Positions 59,591 through 64,000 of a stretch of 64,000 nt of DNA are shown here, piece by piece (position 1 is the first letter of the stretch; each line of letters begins with the position of its first letter). The stretch is from Marsupella aquatica (lineage: Eukaryota; Plantae; Marchantiophyta), in NCBI GenBank assembly GCA_973895155.1, contig OZ316897.1, positions 15,003,375 through 15,067,374 of the forward strand, in the 5' to 3' direction. The notes beneath the pieces are model-generated. The model had not been told where the DNA came from. It saw only the letters and a list, made by a program, of their open reading frames with translations, and ran no database searches. The translations under genes were made by a program, and so were the position numbers.

Positions 59591-62166
59591 AGAAAGAATT
59601 AATTATTCACAAACTTTCCTTTTTAGTGTAATCGTGCTGGTTCAATTGTTATTGGATTTTGCCACTTCACCTCCATGTGATTGACACGAGTTGTTGGGTC
59701 TGCTGCGATACGTTTTGGTGTGCCCGCCCATACCTGTAATCCGGTTTCGTGTAGTTTCCGCCACATTCACCAGGGCAACTGAATCGCAATTTCCTAACAA
59801 CTCGGCACCGTTTGCTGAGATCCAATAATAATAATAATCCATTCACCACACTGATCCGCCATAGCTACGGTGGAGGGTGTACTACGGTAGTATTCGCCTC
59901 TCCCCAATAATGATCCGCCAAGCTTACGCATGAGCCACTACCACCAATACGAACCACTGGGTACAAGTCTACGCCCATGATTCCTCCCTGTCTCCAGATT
60001 CTCGCCGTCATGTCGTCCACCGTCCCCCGTGCCACGAAATTTCATTCTCAATCATTAGGTTTGCAGTTTTTGTTTAGCAACAGTTCAGTCCGGTACCGGT
60101 ACACCTGTTGTTCAGTCCGTTCGCCAAAAGATCTTGTTTGGCACTGCCGCTTCGACATTTTCGCTGATTTTGCTCACACTCAGTCATGAGGCACACCACA
60201 GCCTCGTGCATTCTTAAGTCTCTCCAAGCGCTCAGAATTTTCCGGCAGTGGGACATTGATTTAGTTCTTGTGGGGTTTCCCCGCTATATAAGTTGGAAAC
60301 AGCTTAACGACGTGCAAAGACGGCGAGGCCAATACTAGGAAAGAAACTAAACCCTAAAGTTACACCTCTCGTCCCTTGGGTTGGTGTCCCTTTCTGGCCC
60401 CCTCTTGTTTGTATGTTGACTATTTGAATCAAATTCATTTATTTTTTAGAGGCAAAAATAAACAGCTTAAATACACTAGCCAGATTATCCATTCTTTGAC
60501 TGTAAATAGAAATGAAGACCAAACACAATTTTGCAAGAAAAGAATTCTATATTATCTCCTGTCTTTATTTGCCCCATTCCCCATTTTTTCACCCTTTGTC
60601 CTTATTAAAAATCTTTTGTCCTTATTTTTGAGTCCAGTTTTGTCCTTATTTGGATTTCAAGTCTAGAGGTTTCACTCTAGATCCTAGCCTTTGATAGTAG
60701 GTTATGTTGACAATAATTAAAAATTAAAACTAGTAACGATGTCAACTACTTCGAGCTGCACAGCTACTGTACATAGGATGGAGGTCAGGCACTAACTCAA
60801 GGCTACAATATTGATAATCTAGCTTAGGTAGATGGACTGGTGGTTGGCTATGAAACCCATATGAACTGGCAAGGTTGGGATGGACTTGAGCAGAACATCA
60901 AGGAATGCAACATCTGGTTTTAGCCCATGCAGGATCCCTCTTCCCGAGAACTTGCACTTAGGCAAATTTAACTCTACAGTGACCATTCTCTAATGGGGTG
61001 GGCACTACGCTACCTGCCGTCACATCCTTGGCTCGACCTCTCACTCTGATGATCAGCTGTCCCTTCAAAAAGCTATGGCCAACGGTGCTGTCTGACCGCC
61101 ACTACGATTCTACGAAGCTGTTAGCTGTAGTCGAGTACCCTTCAGTGTCGACTGAATAATTACGCTGTACAAGTCTCACCTTTCTTGCGTTGGACGAGCA
61201 TTGAAGAGCAATGAACAGCTCGAAAGATGTTCAACGCCCAAGGTTTGACAAATCAGATTCAGGATAACTACTCGTCAGCTGTGGAAGCTGGGGAGCCGTG
61301 ACAACAGTACACGTGATGAGGCGTTGTCTAGCCCGGCTGAAGAATTAGCTGCTCTCGTTTTGGGCTTCAGAAATCCTTCCAAGCCCATAAAGGTGCTTTC
61401 GGAAAGAAGCTGTCGAGACCCACCAGAATTCTGTGACGACCGTGGAGATTGCGCATCCCACTATTCGCTCCCGATTCGTCGCTCCGTCATGAAATCTCAT
61501 TTTTGACGCACACGCAGGAAGTTACGCTTACTGGGAATGTCGAAAATGAGACTTCATGGCGGAAATGAGAAACGCATACTGGGAACTGTTAAAGATGATA
61601 CTTCGTGACGGAGATTTCATGACAGCCACGCACCCTCGGAAATGTCAAGAATGAGAAATTTCACCACACCTCAGATCTGTGAGAAAATGCAGGAGTCTAC
61701 TCGATGTAAGAATGGATCCAGGTGTTGGGATGGTACTCGATCCGTGAGGACTTGACGCAGTGTATCCTGGAACGAGCTGACTGGACAGGTTTGTGAGAGA
61801 GGTTGCAAAAGTGGATCCACTGTGGTCCATTCTCTCGTCGATCGGTCGGTGGCCCGGATTCGTGTTGCTACTTTACTGGTGCTTCACAGTACAGATATTG
61901 AAACCAATGGTCCATCCTAAAGTGACGGGCCTCGCAGCCTCGAGCGAAAGATTGCAATGAATGGAGCTACGGTGCTTGGCGGAGTGATGGGTAGTAGGAT
62001 CCGCGCTCCTTCGATCAAATAGAGAAACAGGTTGGGCTTTCTGGAATCTTGCAGCCGGTGCGTCTCGAGTGCTCTCTACCGATAGTGTATCGTGGGGATT
62101 GAGATGATATGTGCTGTTGGACATCGATGCAGTGAGTGCCGTAGTTGAGTGTATGTGGAAGTAGAT

Positions 62167-63804
62167 ATGATGAAGTTTTGGAGTCCCCTGTCGCTGAGTG
62201 CCTGTACTGCCACATTGCACCAGCTGTGGAAGGACTCGCGGGGGAGGAGGCTCTTGGTGGGAACATTTCTTTTATTGGCATGTTCGTATGCGCTGGTGAT
62301 CTTTCTATCTGGCAATGGGTGCTCTCCAGACTCCATGGCCGTATACAACACTGGAGAAACAGATAGCGCCTTCTGTAGATTTGCTTCTTGGTCTAGTGCC
62401 TTCTTCCCTTCGACGTTGGAAACTCTCAGCAGTGGTCCGTCCAGCCCAGCGCCGGAACGCAACGTCTCGGGAGTTTGGGAAACGTGGACCAACATTGACC
62501 GCGTTGTGTTTGGAATCGGAGCTAGCGAGGAATCGTGGGTCGATCGGAGGGATTACATCAAGCTATGGTGGAAGCCAGGGGTGACGAGAGGGTTCGTATG
62601 GGTTGACCAGAATCTGACGAAATGGAAGCGAGGGGATCCGCCGTTCAAGGTTTCGGAGGATACTTCACGATTCAGCTATACTCATGGTACGAATGCGAGG
62701 TCCGCACTTCGGATCTCTCGCATTGCGTCGGAGTCGTTTCGACTTGGATTGCCCGATGTGGACTGGTTCGTAATGGGTGACGACGACACGCTCTTTTTCA
62801 CGGACAACCTCGTGAAAGTGTTGAGCAAATATGATCCCCGGAAACCCCACTACATTGGGACGAATTCGGAGGATACAAGGCAGAGTGAGCGGCACCATTA
62901 CGGTCTTGCATTTGGTGGAGGGGGTTTTGCCATCAGCTATCCTCTCGCCAAGGCCCTGTCAGATGTGCAGGACGAGTGTATGGAGCGATACTCTTGGCTG
63001 TATGGAAGCGATGAAAGGGTGAAGGCTTGCGTGAGTGAGCTCGGTGTCCCCATGACTAAAGAGGCGGGCTTTCATCAGCTGGACATCCGAGGCGATATTT
63101 CTGGATTCTTAGCTGCACATCCAGTGTCGCCTGTTGTCTCACTGCATCACCTCAACGATATGAGTCCCATTTTCTACGGACTGAACCATTTGGATGATTT
63201 GAAGAGGCTGATGAAGGCGGTAGTGGTTGATCCTCCCAGTTTGTTTCAGCAGTCTATATGCTATGCTTCGGAGAAGCAATGGAGTTTCTCGGTTGCTTGG
63301 GGGTATGTTGTGGAAGTCTACGAAGGATTTCTGAACCCGAGAGAACTAGAAATGCCAGCCAAAACTTTCGTGAGTTGGGCATGGATTACGGAGTTTGGGG
63401 GCTTCACGTTTGATACCCGGCCGCTGGCCGAAGTGTGTAATCGTCCCACTCGCTTCTTCATGCGTACTGCCGAATCAAAGATTTATGGAAAGAGTAAGTT
63501 AGGAACGAGCTCTTACAAAAGGCTGATTGAGTTTGAAGAGGCAGACTGTAGGGCAAAAGCTGCTCCATTGGACACCGTCAAATCTGTCAACATCCAGAAG
63601 GAGCCCTTACCTGACTACTGGTACCAGAACCCTCAAAGGCAGTGCTGCGAAGTCACAGAGATGAATTCAAAGTCGATCAGTATCCGGGTTGGAGCCTGTG
63701 GGCAATCGGAGAGCTTAGTAGTTGGAGCTAAGCCTGTGGAGACGGAAACGAAGACGAGGCGATTGCTCACGGAATCAAGTGAGCTTGGAGATTTGGCCGC
63801 TTAG
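62167..63804 (+). CDS. DUF604 / Fringe-like glycosyltransferase, type II membrane protein, intronless CDS
   Basis: N-terminal TM segment; VVFGIGAS..W..R..YIKLWWKP..TRGFVWVD, RISRI..E.FRL, WFVMGDDDT.FF.DNL..VLSKYD, AFGGGGFAISYPLA, LYGSDER, GFHQLD..G...G.LAAHPVSPVVSLHH. Confidence 0.95.
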   Translation: MMKFWSPLSLSACTATLHQLWKDSRGRRLLVGTFLLLACSYALVIFLSGNGCSPDSMAVYNTGETDSAFCRFASWSSAFFPSTLETLSSGPSSPAPERNVSGVWETWTNIDRVVFGIGASEESWVDRRDYIKLWWKPGVTRGFVWVDQNLTKWKRGDPPFKVSEDTSRFSYTHGTNARSALRISRIASESFRLGLPDVDWFVMGDDDTLFFTDNLVKVLSKYDPRKPHYIGTNSEDTRQSERHHYGLAFGGGGFAISYPLAKALSDVQDECMERYSWLYGSDERVKACVSELGVPMTKEAGFHQLDIRGDISGFLAAHPVSPVVSLHHLNDMSPIFYGLNHLDDLKRLMKAVVVDPPSLFQQSICYASEKQWSFSVAWGYVVEVYEGFLNPRELEMPAKTFVSWAWITEFGGFTFDTRPLAEVCNRPTRFFMRTAESKIYGKSKLGTSSYKRLIEFEEADCRAKAAPLDTVKSVNIQKEPLPDYWYQNPQRQCCEVTEMNSKSISIRVGACGQSESLVVGAKPVETETKTRRLLTESSELGDLAA

Positions 63805-64000
63805 GATTTAGGGAACAGTGCTATCATCGGCATTACTTATTTCCACAATCTCCTGTATCGTGGAACCTCGATACTGCCCATTCTGGTCTCAGTGGTCTCT
63901 TCTATAGCGACAGGGTCGATCAGCAATGGAACTGATGCTGCCCAACAGGTCATGAAACAGGGTCGATAAGAATCAGCTGCGTAAACTGAGGATACTAGCT

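Overview
Land-plant nuclear DNA: spliceosomal introns, TTTAGGG telomere-type repeats and plant TE families are present. It may come from a non-seed plant, but the taxon cannot be established from this window. The first ~36 kb is a nest of transposons: a decayed Tork/Tnt1-like copia element (1-4845, minus) inserted in an L1 LINE; a Bianca-type copia remnant; and a 23.8-kb CACTA/En-Spm element (8635-32398) that itself contains a young full-length copia (26374-32130). These are followed by a second CACTA end, a LINE 3' fragment, a MITE and a SINE. The right half holds host genes (a DUF4228/PADRE protein, plastid carbamoyl-phosphate synthase large subunit carB, and a DUF604 glycosyltransferase), a full-length but decayed PIF/Harbinger element and a solo LTR. 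Two observations stand out. (1) Upstream of apparently intact TnpD and TnpA genes, the CACTA carries a co-oriented cassette of intact accessory ORFs: a stand-alone EDM2-type composite PHD histone reader whose N-terminus resembles the histone H3 tail, a tandem-BRCT protein resembling the Pol lambda BRCT, and a Cys-rich ORF. This is a candidate transposon-encoded anti-silencing and DNA-repair-manipulation system. (2) Two divergent copia elements share an in-frame UGA at exactly the same gag/pol junction, implying programmed readthrough or another bypass. Protein family calls rest on motif recognition from memory; no database search was run.
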